From Giardia intestinalis (taxonomy: Eukaryota): a stretch of DNA of 64,000 bases. The notes beneath the pieces are model-generated. The model did no database searches. It was given only the letters and a program-made list of their open reading frames with translations, and had not been told where the DNA came from. Made by a program: the position numbers and the translations under genes. Location of the stretch: NCBI GenBank assembly GCA_000002435.2, contig CM018792.1; one strand, written 5' to 3'. Positions 31,275 to 42,591 of the stretch are shown one piece after another (the first letter of the stretch is position 1; every line of letters starts with the position of its first letter).

Positions 31275-34200
31275 ATCCCAGTCCACCGGACCCAGAGGCA
31301 CATACAAGCACCCCCACCTCAGCCCCCACCAGTCCCACCGCCCCAGCAACCCCGCCTCCCCACCAGCTGGCCCACTGGGACCTACGTGACCGCGACTGTA
31401 GAGCGCTGCCCGAGCCACAGCCGGACACCGAGGGGCGGCCAGTGGAGAGCCCGGTAGCAGCCCCCGACAGACGGGGCATCTAAAAAAGACAGCGACCCGG
31501 GCTTCACCCGCTATGAAGAGAGACCAAGGAGAGGCGCCACTGATAGAGCAGAGGGTCCACGAGAAGACCTGAACCCCTAAAGGACCGACGTGGATACCCA
31601 AACCGAGCACATCCCTGCGAAGCGACCGATGAATATACCGGGTCCTGGATGCACTAGTAGAGGGAAGCCCCTAGCATGCTGTCTACGATCAGGCTTCGTC
31701 TCTGGATTGGCCAGGAATTAAGCGAAAGTTTACTCGTGAGACTTCTGGACGCACTGCAGGTGGACCTATCAGCATATCTACACAAGCTACGTAAGTAACG
31801 CGTTTACTATCTAAGTACACATCTACGCCTTCCCCCTACAGATGAACCACCAGCAGAGGAACCCTATGAGCCCACCCACAACGACGATGACAGCAACAGA
31901 GATGCCTGCAATGGCGCCTGTGCTAAGGCCGCTCTTGTTTGTACTACCACCGGTGCTGTTATCGTTACCGCCATCGCTAGTGCCATCCTTCTTTACATAG
32001 CAGGTGACAGGGCCACTATTACCAGCTGGCGGGTTACAGCTAACGCAATTAGTAACGCCTTGGATATTACCGCTACTCTCAGTACATTTTATGCACAAGT
32101 TTTTAGTAGAATCAAGATAGTATCCAGCAAGACAAGTCTGACATGTGTACGTCTGCCCTGCTGCCGTACACGTGGCGCAACCTGCTGGGCATGAAGGACA
32201 GGCCCCGGTATCGATGTTGGAGGGTAGGTTATTGGCACATGTCTTGCACTTGCCGTCGTTCCCTGCAGCATCCTTACATATCTGCATCCCAGGCTGCCTG
32301 GTGGTTTCGTAGCAGCCGCCCTCGAAAAGGAAATAGTTAGTAGCGCATTTCTTACAAATGCCGTTTTCTATTTGTGTACATGATGCGGCTGCTCTAACAC
32401 TAGCAGTGCAGTTACCATTCAGCGGTGCTTGCTTGGCGTCGCTGCATTTAGAGCAGTACTTAGCTTCTCCGATAGTTGCGCCGCATTCTGCACAGCCATT
32501 TGTGTTTGTTGTGCACTCGTCTACACAGGTGCTACCACTGTCCGGAGTGCTTTCAACGGTGTATTTAAGCACCTTCTTTGCAGGACAGCCGGTGCACTGA
32601 TATGGATCTTCACCGTTACACGTTTTACAGACAGAGTTGCACGCCCTGCAAGTACCATCATCTCCGTCAAAGTATCCCTCAAGCTTTTCGCACTTATCTA
32701 CGCACTCCTTTGTCGGGGTGAGCTTCCTAGTATTGTCGCACTCTGCACACGTGCCATCGTCATTACACTTCTTGCAATCTTTTACAGTGCATGCAATGCA
32801 CTTTGTCCCGGCAACATTGGGTTTGTTGGTATCTGTTGCACAAGCAGAGCATGTAATGAGAATTGGGCCTTCGGAATTCTCCTTTGGAGTGCATGTTTTG
32901 CAGTCTGCTATTCCACCACTTTTATCATCACTACAAGATAAGCATTTGTTGCCATTATTGGGATCATCTTTTGGAAAATGGGTACTTTGTTCTTTGCAGG
33001 TCTGTTCATTGACACATGTGCCCGTTCCATCGCCACTATCTTTAAAATATTTATTGGCAGCGGTTGCTTTGCACTTCGTACATTTATCTGCTCCTGCATC
33101 ACACTTAGCGCAATTATTGTTGTCAGCACAAGCTGTGCATGTTCCCTCAGATGCGGCAAAGAATCCTTCGTCACAAGCTGTGCACACTGCAGGCTTAGCA
33201 GTAGACTCTGCTGCTTCAGGAGCAGTGCATACTGTACAATGCTGAACTCCTTTATACTTTTTGCCATTGGTCAGTGTTATCTCAGTGACATCACCACACA
33301 AGATAACAGACTGGTCTGTCTTCTGTGCCCCCGGTGGAATGAAGTACCCCACTGCGGCCGCTGAGCACACTCCCTCCGCGGCATCGGTGCATAACTTCTG
33401 CCCGGTCGCATCGGCGGTGCTATAGCAACCACCCTTATAGAGGAAGTGAACCCCGTCGCATTGTCCACATACCTTGTCTTCTGCTCCTAAATCAGCGCCT
33501 CCATTCTTTTTGCAACCAGCAGTTGTAACGGCGTCATTATCTTTCGGCATACATACTCCGTTAACGGGGACATTTCCTTGGTCCTTACATTCTGTGCATA
33601 TTTCTGTTTCGCCAACCATTTCACATCTTTCATTTGCACAATTTTGTGCTTGCTTGCATGCTGCCGCGAGAGCACTCAGCACAAAATAGAAAGCTACCAA
33701 CAACATTGAGGTCCTTCTCAGCTTACCGCGTGAGCAAGAATAAGATACTTAAGACTAAAGACCTGACTTACTATGTACTGTGCTAATTACTCCAAAGAGA
33801 TTCGTCTCCTACGATACCTCTGCTTAGGACATAGAAGCTCATCGAATACTAAGCACATCTATTGCATACAGCCCCCTGCGAGCTCTCTGGGTCTGAACCC
33901 TATGCCCCCTGCACAACACGCAGGGAAACAGAAAATCCAAAAATAGGTGGTGAGACCTCTCTACACGCTCGCCGCCTCCCTACTTTGAGGCCAATCAAAG
34001 GACGGCTCGGATGCCCTCACTGTGCCGTGGGTTCATTGCTGGCTCCTCTCCTGGCGTATCTGCGTCCCTGATGAGTCAGCCCCCTGTGCCTCCCCTGCGC
34101 GGGCCAGGCCCTTGCGGACCCCCGTGCGCCGATGACCTCCTCTCCGCCTCTGTGGCATCTTCACTCCTTTGGATTATGCCTGCGACTCCTGGCTATCGTG

Positions 34201-37200
34201 AGGGAACTGCACTCAAGGACAGTCCGGTGCGAGATCCCGAGAAAAGGCTACAGTGATCGCTAGGGTTCGTGGAAGTGTGAATCAGTGTAGATTAGCCTAT
34301 GAGACGCTATGGATTGTTGAGTATGCATGACGCTATTTCTGCCTTTTTGTAGTGGATACTATTAAGGTTCCCCATCGCATGATAAGGTGTCAGATGGTCA
34401 GAGGGCGAGGCCAGCACTCCCAAATTTAGACAAGGAGGAAGCCCTGCCCAAACTGTGCCACCCCTGAACTGATGGATCAGGACTCTTATCCTCCCCTCTG
34501 GATCATCCTAGTGCTGTCGCTACCACCACTAATGGAAGCACCTAGGAGTGCAATATCTTGAGCCTGTTAGTGTAGGGCTCTAGGCCCCCAGAGCTTCCTA
34601 CATGTGGATGCCTGTGAGGAAAGAATGGAGATCCAAGGAGGTTGTGTTGATTTGCCAGCAATTGGCCGGATGCCTGGTCCAGTACCTTTTGTGGCCTCCT
34701 GTGGGTGTTAGAGCAGTTGACCCCCATCTGCTGATAAGAGAATCGAATAGCATTCGCTCATGACCTTTGGTCCGAGCTGTAGTTGGTCCCGAGGAGACAT
34801 ACCAATCAGCCCAAGCGTCCTACCTTTTGACTCGCGAATCATGCCACACTGTAGGGGTTGTACTGGTGTTGCTTAGCACGCGTTACATAATGCATAGAAG
34901 GCCGGCATCCTCCTGTCATATAGCTATAAGAGTCAGATAAAGCCCTACTGAGGGCGTCATATCCTGCGATTTCCTTGGCTCCACTAGAGGCCAAAAGAAC
35001 CGATGTCTACAGGCTGGTGTGAAAAATAGTAGGGTACGACAGCATACACCTTGAACTGGGAGTCCCATAAGCATGCATTTTTGATACAACTCGCCAAGAG
35101 TCTTGTAATAAGCTGGCCTAGGTCAGTGACTGAAAAATTTTCAATGGGCAGGCGACTACCGTGGTCTACAAGTCGCTCATCTCCCTTGTCGTGAAGGATA
35201 TCTGCTAATGTCTAGTGCTGCGGGCTGGGTAGCCCTTGTTCATCTGTGAGATTCGACTGGTGTACGTTATAGACTACTGACGAGACTGATATCATCCTCC
35301 ATCAGGTGGCTCTGGGTGAGTAGACGAATTCTGTAGTTGATCAGTTATTTTAAGAAAGGCTGCACTTATGAAGCCATAACTACAACTTGCGTTCGACAGA
35401 CAAAGGTGCCCTTGGGCTGTGGTACTCCATACAGGTTCCTCGGGATGTGTGGTACCTCAGCGTAGTCTCCAAGAGGGTAGCCCTGCCTGGCTGAGGCATG
35501 CAGACACGAGTACAGTATAGCGCCCTTCTCAGTCTACAGGATCAAGCACATCTCAGGCAACGAAGACAGATGGAGACCCAGAGGTGACTAATGCTAATCT
35601 GAGCTGCTCCGATCCCTGCTGTCCGAAAAATCAGCAGGGCCGCAGGATGACAGGGTCCACTTTTATGCTCTGCTCAAAGAGGCCGTGTCTTGGCAGAGAT
35701 ATGCGCCAAGGTCATTGTTAGCTACCCACTAACGAGGTACTAGCGCGCTTGAAGACCTCCCGGAATGGCCTTTCTCGGTTTGCTGGCCATGAGCTGGGTC
35801 CTCGCGCCAGCTAACTGGATGAAAAACAACAGTAGTATTACCCAAACGATGAGCTGAGAAGGCTGATGCTGACTATGTATCTCTCACGCTGAGCATACCC
35901 ACTGTGCAGCGCAAGGGATTTGACGTCCTAGGTGGTCAGTCGAAGCTGCTAAGTGTTTGGTAGTAACGATATGCACGCGGGCTCCAGACAGGGCTCTGAG
36001 AAGATGTTAAAGAGCACAAGACCTGCTGGACTATATAGGGCACACAATGAATGCCTACGCGGTAAACAGATTGACCCTTTTCCTTGGTAGATAGGACTCT
36101 GGTCTGCAATAGTCACCTACATGATGCGTGTCTCTGTGGGACCGATAGAGGCACCCGCTGATCTGGAAAGACCATCAGCAGTGGCCACACAAGATAGACA
36201 CGCAGAGGACGAGAGCTGATCAGATCACCCTGGATGATGAGCAATCCAAACTACGCAGTGTGTGTAGCAACCTTTGGTCGAAGGCAGAGATGCACTGTAG
36301 GACATCACGCAATCCAAGAGGCACTTTGGCGATTCATCTGTTGTGGGAGAACGTAAGTGAGACATTTGTGGACAGCAACCACGCCGACTGGTACCGGCCT
36401 GCACAGTATGCCTCTACAATAGATCCTCGCCTGTATATGGAGAGAAAGTGAATTTCCCCAGCTTCAGACGAGGCTGGATCCCAATAAATATTACGCCGCT
36501 ACAAATGCACAAAATCAAAAAGTAGCCTCCGATCTATTTATAGGCCTTGCAGTCTTTCTACGTTCGGAGGCCAGAAAGGCATTACAAGTGTCCTCGTTGC
36601 AATCCAGATTTATAACTAGACTCTCTAGCGCTGATCTTACCTCCCTGGTCTGTTGGTCGCCTCTACCTTTTTTGTGCGAACCAGCTCTCCAGGAGCCACC
36701 GTGCACAGATAGTCTTTTGCACATCCAAGTAGCACCGTCCTCCGTTGAGACGTGCAACCAAGGACTAGTCACTGTAGAGTGGGTGCACTCAGAGGCCAAC
36801 CTCCTTGCTGCACTGTCCAACATAGCAGTGAGCATGCACGCGAGCACATAGGCACGCAGAGATCGTGCCGCGGTCTAAGCCTGACATCACGCCAGGCGCA
36901 TAACAGTTGGTGTACAGAGTTCTATTTCTAGCCCTATACGCAGGTCCATGTCTCACTCTGAAAGGCAGTGGAGCGTTTCATGGCATTGTTCTGGATATAC
37001 AGTTATTACTATAGTTAGTGGGGAAGCAGGCACGAAGACCGAAGGCTTACCTGGAAGAGTCTCTGGCGCGATCAGCTGCTATTCTCTACTGATGGCAGAC
37101 AGCTTAGCTATCATAGTATCCACGCTACCTACCAGAGCTACATATGACCATGCATGCATCACCAGAGAAGCAAGTGCAATACCTGTTCAATCTGTTGGAC

Positions 37201-40200
37201 GGACACAGCCTCTCATCACAGCAAACACGATGGCAAGCAGGTCGCCAATGCAGGCCAGTTGAGATGCCCGGCTTAGTGCCGCTGTATACACCTAGAAGTT
37301 GCGATATACTTCCACGAACACAATGCACTGTCTGTACATCCAGTTGCCTTCTTTTGTGCTATTCACAGGTCGTAACGCCTCACAGGTCGAGGCTAGTACA
37401 GGACGTCCCCAGGTTACTCCCCTAAGAAGCCAAGGCTGGCACGGCTGGTACTGTGCATGATGTGCTCTCCCAGGAGACAGTGGGCGCTACCGTCCCTTTG
37501 GATTTTTTGATGTCAGACAATCGGCCCCGTGATGAGTTTATTCTTCGCAGCTTCCGTCCTACATATCGAGCCTGGCATCTGGCTGCTCAGGCCGCGGATG
37601 AGGAGGACGGTGCAGAGTGTCAGTCGCTGGGCCGCTTTCTATTCGCACATTGTCCTGAGAAACGAATAGGACAGTACAGCTTCCTCTTCTACTCTGGATG
37701 TGATGCAACCTAGCCGAGGCATATGCCCTTCCAAGGAGTGATCGGGTAGCGCCTGGAGTCGTTCATAATGGGACACTCGCCGTCTCCTAGCTCTGCCCCC
37801 TCCTCGGCTACCAGGAGATGCTGGTTTGTATACATGTCCACGGAGCACTGCATAGCGATAACAAGACGGCGCCATCATCCCTCGAGCCTCCTCGGCTTGT
37901 CCGGCAGCGTGCTTCCCGGAGTCCAGTGTGGACTTACCAGATGCATCGATACAGCTGTGGATACCTTACAGCATCGCACCTGACCAGCTCGACGTGCATC
38001 CTTTCCCATCTAGAGAGCAGCCCAGCCATGCACAGGAGCTCTTAGCTCCTATCCAGGGCCTGGTTCAATGCTCAGCTGGCTCGATGCCCTGCTGCACCTT
38101 GTTGGATGCCGCGTTGAAGCCATCGATCCGGCGATTGCCTTAGGCTCACCGCCTCACATTGCGTTGCCATAGAGTACTAGTCCTCAGGTCGCCCGTAGCC
38201 CGTTACGAGAGCTGTGATGCATGATCGCACACAGAGTGCCTGACTTAATATGCACCTGTCCACCGATGTACTCTGACACTTGCTGGTGGGGACGTGTCGC
38301 TACAACCACGCAAGTGTTTATACATCCTAGCAGCTCACATGCCATGTAATATAGAACTTTCCTACCTAGCACGGGCTCCATGATACCAAGACTCTGGAAG
38401 GGCACCTTGGGCGCCTTCAGTCCTATTTGGAGAGGAGACGTGGTACGAGAGGGCTGGCCGCTTCTAAGCGCTGCCTAGGCTAGTTAAAGGCCCGCATGAA
38501 GGCCTCTCACCGCATGATCAGCACGGTGCCCTGCTCCCTGTCATAGATATGAGAGCCAGCCCGCTGAGTCCACATCGAGGCAGAGCACCACCCACTAGTG
38601 TGGGCGAGACTTATAACCGTGCCCGTACATGTACACGTTGCTCGACCGGTTGGTTTCCATGCCCCTACGCCCTGCTCCTTCGCTGTGCAATTGCTCTAAT
38701 CGAGGCTACCAAAGCGTGGGTCCAGTATCCACTATGCCCATTGTACTGACAACGATAGTATACAGCTTGCTGTAGGTGCCACCTACCTCCAGGCATGCCC
38801 TCCACCGTCGTACTGCCGCTGGTGTGCTATACGATCTATATAACGCTTCATACTTCAGCAACCACTGGGAGTGTTGTCCTCCTGCCATCTTGACATCGAG
38901 TCCAATAACTGCCTGACAGAGCTCTCGGCTTGTGTGACCCTATATGGTAGTCTTGATGGGCACATACATGTGTAATAACTATGTTGAAGGATCCAATAAC
39001 AGCCACTGGCCACTTCATATTGTGTGAGATACTAGACAGAAGCAGAGGTGGAAGGTCCAAGAGGAACCATATCATTAGATCTGCATCTGCAGAGAGGCTC
39101 ACCTGTCACTGCCACGGGAACAGGGCCCTATGCAGAGCATCAGCAAGCAATGCCACGGGCAGTACTCTGACTGTGCAGCAGCAAAGTGGCCGATGATATG
39201 GAATGCTGACACATCTACTGACGTCATGGATGGACTGGCAGGCCAGACAAGGATGCTCTAGGCTGCGATGGGCTGGCATGAGATTGTGTATAATTAGGGG
39301 TCACTTCCTTGTTATGCCTGCTATCGGAAACCAGCTCATGAGATGGACAATTTCAGAGTGATCAGCCCCCGCGTTCTCCCAGACATCAAGACTGTGAGGG
39401 TCTCCGTAAGTTCTTATGTCCTCATCCAGTCATGCTGGCTGTTCTCAGAAGCAGTCATAACTGTCGGGCCTGTTCGGATGCCACACCCCTGCAGGCCTCG
39501 GTGCTCTGAGCACAGCTTCCAGGCTGCATGCGTGCGTGGATGGACACCAGGTACGTCACTCGCTCCCTACTTTCTAAGCCTGCTATGACAAGGGTAGCTC
39601 TCACTAGCTTGAATCAGCTACGCCCCTGGCGTTCTACCCCGGGAGTTGCAGGGCCCAGACAGTTGTCTTATCTACACTATGGTTGCCATAATGACGGGTA
39701 TATGATCACAGCCCTGATGGGATCCTCTTCGCTGTCCTTAGCAGACCTCCAACTCTTCAATGGGACAGATACGGGGCACCGTCTACCGACACTTCCAACG
39801 GGGGTAGCAGGCGCAGTGCTCTCGATACCAATGATGGATCTACAAGAGGAAGTAGATCTTCCGCATGCCCTTGCCAGGAAGTGGCGCTGACGTGGGCCAA
39901 ACGTATTGTCCCCGAGCTGCGCCTTGGGAGCCGAGACCTCCGCTGACAATGGGTAAGACTTGCGCCATTGGGCGACTCTGTAGGGAGGCTCCAGGAGTTC
40001 TTAGAAGCAGCACCCGTGCAGTGAGGCTTCGAGAATCATCCAAGTGGCGCTATCCAAGGACCACTTCCCCGAGGGAACAGAGGGTTGGGGGACCGACTCC
40101 CGAAGGGCGCCTTTGCAGTCTACTGGACAGCAGAGAGGGCCAGAAAGCAACAATCACCTCCAGATCCACAGCTCCCCTATCATAGAGACACTGGGATGGT

Positions 40201-42386
40201 CAGAATACGCCTCTCAAGAGGGACAGGAAGTAACATAGTGGCACAGCGCTGATGCTCACGGGATATGGTCGACGAGCACCTGGCCTCTGCTGGATACGAG
40301 GTGTGTGCTGAGAGCAAGGTGTCTGGATTGGGACGGTTATGCCTCTCCAGAGAGGAGACAGGAAGCACCACCATAGATGGGCATGTGCCTGAAGGAGACA
40401 CACAGGAAAGTGACTGCTTTGCTGGCAAGAGAGGACAATCCGAAGCATGCAGGTCTTAAACAAAGAAACGTGCATTCTGAAGAACTATCGACGCTAAGGA
40501 ACGAGCCAGTTCTCTGCATCATCCAGCAGAGGAGTATAAGGGCTGCTACTCCCTCCTCAAGCCTTCTCACTCAACTTAGACTTCCCTGGCTTCCAATTAC
40601 CACATGAACTACTGAGAATGCTAACTGTTCTTCCAATCCACAATAGCTGCGAAACGATAGCAAACTTCGTTTGAGTGCAGTACTAAGCAGCGCAACATAT
40701 GCAAAGACAGCTCTTAGAAGTCAATGTAAGGTATCATCTTGGTAACGGCAATCACCCTCGAATCAGCCGTTCAGTGGAGACAGGATTTTAATAAGATACA
40801 GTTGGGCCATAGACAGGCAGTGGGTGTAGAGCTATTGTAGACAGACGCCGCCCCTAAGAACGCCAGAGGGGAGCTCCCATCAGCTAATGTGTTTCCAGCG
40901 CCACGTCTCTAGTGGAGCATGGCCTCCCGCAGTAAGACTTTGCAGGGGTCACCTGTAGTAATTTTGGATGCTTTATGGGGTGAAGCAGCTTATCCACAGA
41001 CCTCACGAGACCGGGGCTGCCCACATAGCTACTAAAGTGAGAGAGTGTGATTGTATGGAGCAACACTACATCTGCCCCTCCATCATTTGGTGACCAGAGG
41101 ACTGCTCTCAGACTGCGCCTCTGCTCATAAGTGTCCAAGGGTTCCTCTAGCGATTGTCTCGTTGGCTAGTTAACTATGGCTGCCATGGCGACATAGATCA
41201 CTAGTGCATACGCTGGGTTACATTTTGCTAGAGCAGATGGAGGCATGACAGATCAACCCAGAAACGTCTTCTCACGTCGCACGAAAACGCGGATCTACAC
41301 ACTAGGGGTACACTCTCATAAACAGCTTCCTCTGCTACGATCTAGAGTTATCAGGCGAGCGGTGGCGCTTCAGAGCCATCTGCCTCCTCTATGCGAGAGT
41401 TACCCGATAGACCAGAGTCGCTGCCAGAAGGTGTGCTTTGCAGCAGACAGAGTATCTCATGTCTCAAGCCTGTCTGGCCATACTAGGGAACGAAGCCATG
41501 CCGCTAAGCCTCAGGGGATCGGAAAGCACTCCGCAGCCAGTGTGACTCTTGTGATGTTAGCTTCTAGGCTATGGAGGAGCCCTTGGCCTCGTGGTTTTTG
41601 CACTACGGCTCTACTTAGTTGGCCGTCTTACTCAGATGAATAGAACGTGGTGCCTTCTGCAAGTCCCTATACTGCGAGTTCACACTAGGATCCACTAATT
41701 TCTAACTAGTTTGATAGAACCTTGCTCTTATCTCCGCAGACTTGTTACTACAGACAACTCACTGTATTAACTTTATAGTGATCGTGAGTATTCCAAAGCT
41801 GGGAAGCCCTCTGTTAGAGCTACAGGTCCCAGCCTTCATCAAGCCTGCGATTACCTCATCAAAGCCTCCACACACTACGAAGCAGGCTTCTGCCCGTCTG
41901 CTGTGTACCAATGGTCTGCCTTAGACTTTGTGTGTCAGAGCCTGCGTTGGAGGATGCGCTTCTACATAGACTAGCCAACGCCTTGCCAATTGGGTGTCTG
42001 CTCTCATCCATCTGGATCGATGGGTTGTTTGTGGCTATGCCTGAGTCTGCTCTCTGTTGCCAGGTCCTCTCGAGCTGTGGATCTCGCCTGTCCTCGAAGT
42101 GGTGCTACTTCAAGCTGTCACATGTAGGTGGGGGCTCCTGCAGCCAGTGAAGTCAACGTCTTCTAAGCCTGGCATGCACCAGGGCTTCCAGAAGCGACGA
42201 CCTCCATCTGCCATGGCTAGTAAATGTCCTTCATAAAAGCTATGCGGTGACATGGCCTTTCAAGTCGTAACGCCTAGGGTTACGGATGGATGCAAGCGAT
42301 TGCTCTAGAGAACCACCGTGGCCTCAGGGCAAGTAAAAGCAACAAGTAACGGCAGCAGACTGCAGAGCAGCATGTAGGAACGGGGC
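31275..42386 (-). repeat. Right arm of the inverted repeat (reverse-complement copy of 18501-29615)
   Basis: Mirror image of the left arm about coordinate 30443.5. VSP copy B is at 31823..33706(-). The arm is not perfectly identical to the left arm: an A/G difference at 21083 versus 39804 changes Ile to Val in a mirrored spurious ORF, and there is a 3-bp indel near 29606 versus 31281 (GGSLG versus GGLG). Confidence 0.9.
31823..33706 (-). CDS. Variant-specific surface protein (VSP), copy B (protein identical to copy A)
   Basis: The 627-aa translation is identical to 27181..29064, including the signal peptide, CXXC/GGCY motifs, TM segment and CRGKA tail. It is oriented tail-to-tail with copy A, with 3' ends 2.76 kb apart. 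The mirror AGTAAAC signal is at 31802-31808 on the minus strand. Confidence 0.93.
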   Translation of the reverse strand: MLLVAFYFVLSALAAACKQAQNCANERCEMVGETEICTECKDQGNVPVNGVCMPKDNDAVTTAGCKKNGGADLGAEDKVCGQCDGVHFLYKGGCYSTADATGQKLCTDAAEGVCSAAAVGYFIPPGAQKTDQSVILCGDVTEITLTNGKKYKGVQHCTVCTAPEAAESTAKPAVCTACDEGFFAASEGTCTACADNNNCAKCDAGADKCTKCKATAANKYFKDSGDGTGTCVNEQTCKEQSTHFPKDDPNNGNKCLSCSDDKSGGIADCKTCTPKENSEGPILITCSACATDTNKPNVAGTKCIACTVKDCKKCNDDGTCAECDNTRKLTPTKECVDKCEKLEGYFDGDDGTCRACNSVCKTCNGEDPYQCTGCPAKKVLKYTVESTPDSGSTCVDECTTNTNGCAECGATIGEAKYCSKCSDAKQAPLNGNCTASVRAAASCTQIENGICKKCATNYFLFEGGCYETTRQPGMQICKDAAGNDGKCKTCANNLPSNIDTGACPSCPAGCATCTAAGQTYTCQTCLAGYYLDSTKNLCIKCTESSGNIQGVTNCVSCNPPAGNSGPVTCYVKKDGTSDGGNDNSTGGSTNKSGLSTGAIAGISVAVIVVVGGLIGFLCWWFICRGKA

Positions 42387-42454
42387 CGGGCAGGCCTGAG
42401 GACCGCAGGGACGGCCGCTCCTGCAGGAAGCACCAGGATGCGAGACCGGAAAAG

Positions 42455-42528
42455 CGCTCCCTGGCGGGCTTGAACCGCCGACCTTGCGGTTAACAGCCGC
42501 ACGCTCTAACCAGCTGAGCTAAGGAAGC
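42455..42528 (-). tRNA. tRNA-Asn (anticodon GUU)
   Basis: The reverse complement of 42455-42528 folds by hand into a canonical cloverleaf. Acceptor stem: GCTTCCT pairs with AGGGAGC (one G-U). Position 8 is T and position 9 is A. D-arm: GCTC / AGCTGGTTA / GAGC. Anticodon stem: TGCGG / CCGCA. Anticodon loop: CTGTTAA, with GTT at positions 34-36. Variable loop: AGGTC. T-arm: GGCGG / TTCAAGC / CCGCC. Discriminator: G. No encoded CCA, as expected for a eukaryote. It lies 69 bp outside the right edge of the palindrome. Confidence 0.85.
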
Positions 42529-42591
42529 GCGCCACCGAGGGAAACAACATAATGATTATTATATGCATTGTGCACTTTTGTTTGGCTTGAA

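Noticed and set aside
29846-31389. Long ORFs (113-231 aa) in the central spacer, on all three plus-strand frames
   Set aside because: The plus strand there is strongly A-depleted, so TAA/TAG/TGA are rare and spurious long frames appear. The translations are low-complexity (Ser/Cys/Leu/Pro/Gly-rich) with no domain signal.
29277-31610. GC-rich block considered as rDNA or telomere-associated sequence
   Set aside because: There are no SSU/LSU rRNA landmarks and GC is well below the ~75% of Giardia rDNA. I saw only an isolated TAGGG and no telomeric repeat array.
18700-42200. Dozens of 60-200-aa ORFs on both strands throughout the palindrome arms, each with a mirror twin
   Set aside because: They are the length expected by chance in ~50%-GC sequence and have no recognisable motifs. 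The mirror twins are a trivial consequence of the inverted repeat and not independent evidence of coding.
42305-42502. 65-aa ORF on the minus strand overlapping the palindrome edge and the tRNA
   Set aside because: It overlaps a well-formed tRNA-Asn gene and GC-rich non-coding sequence, so I treat it as spurious.
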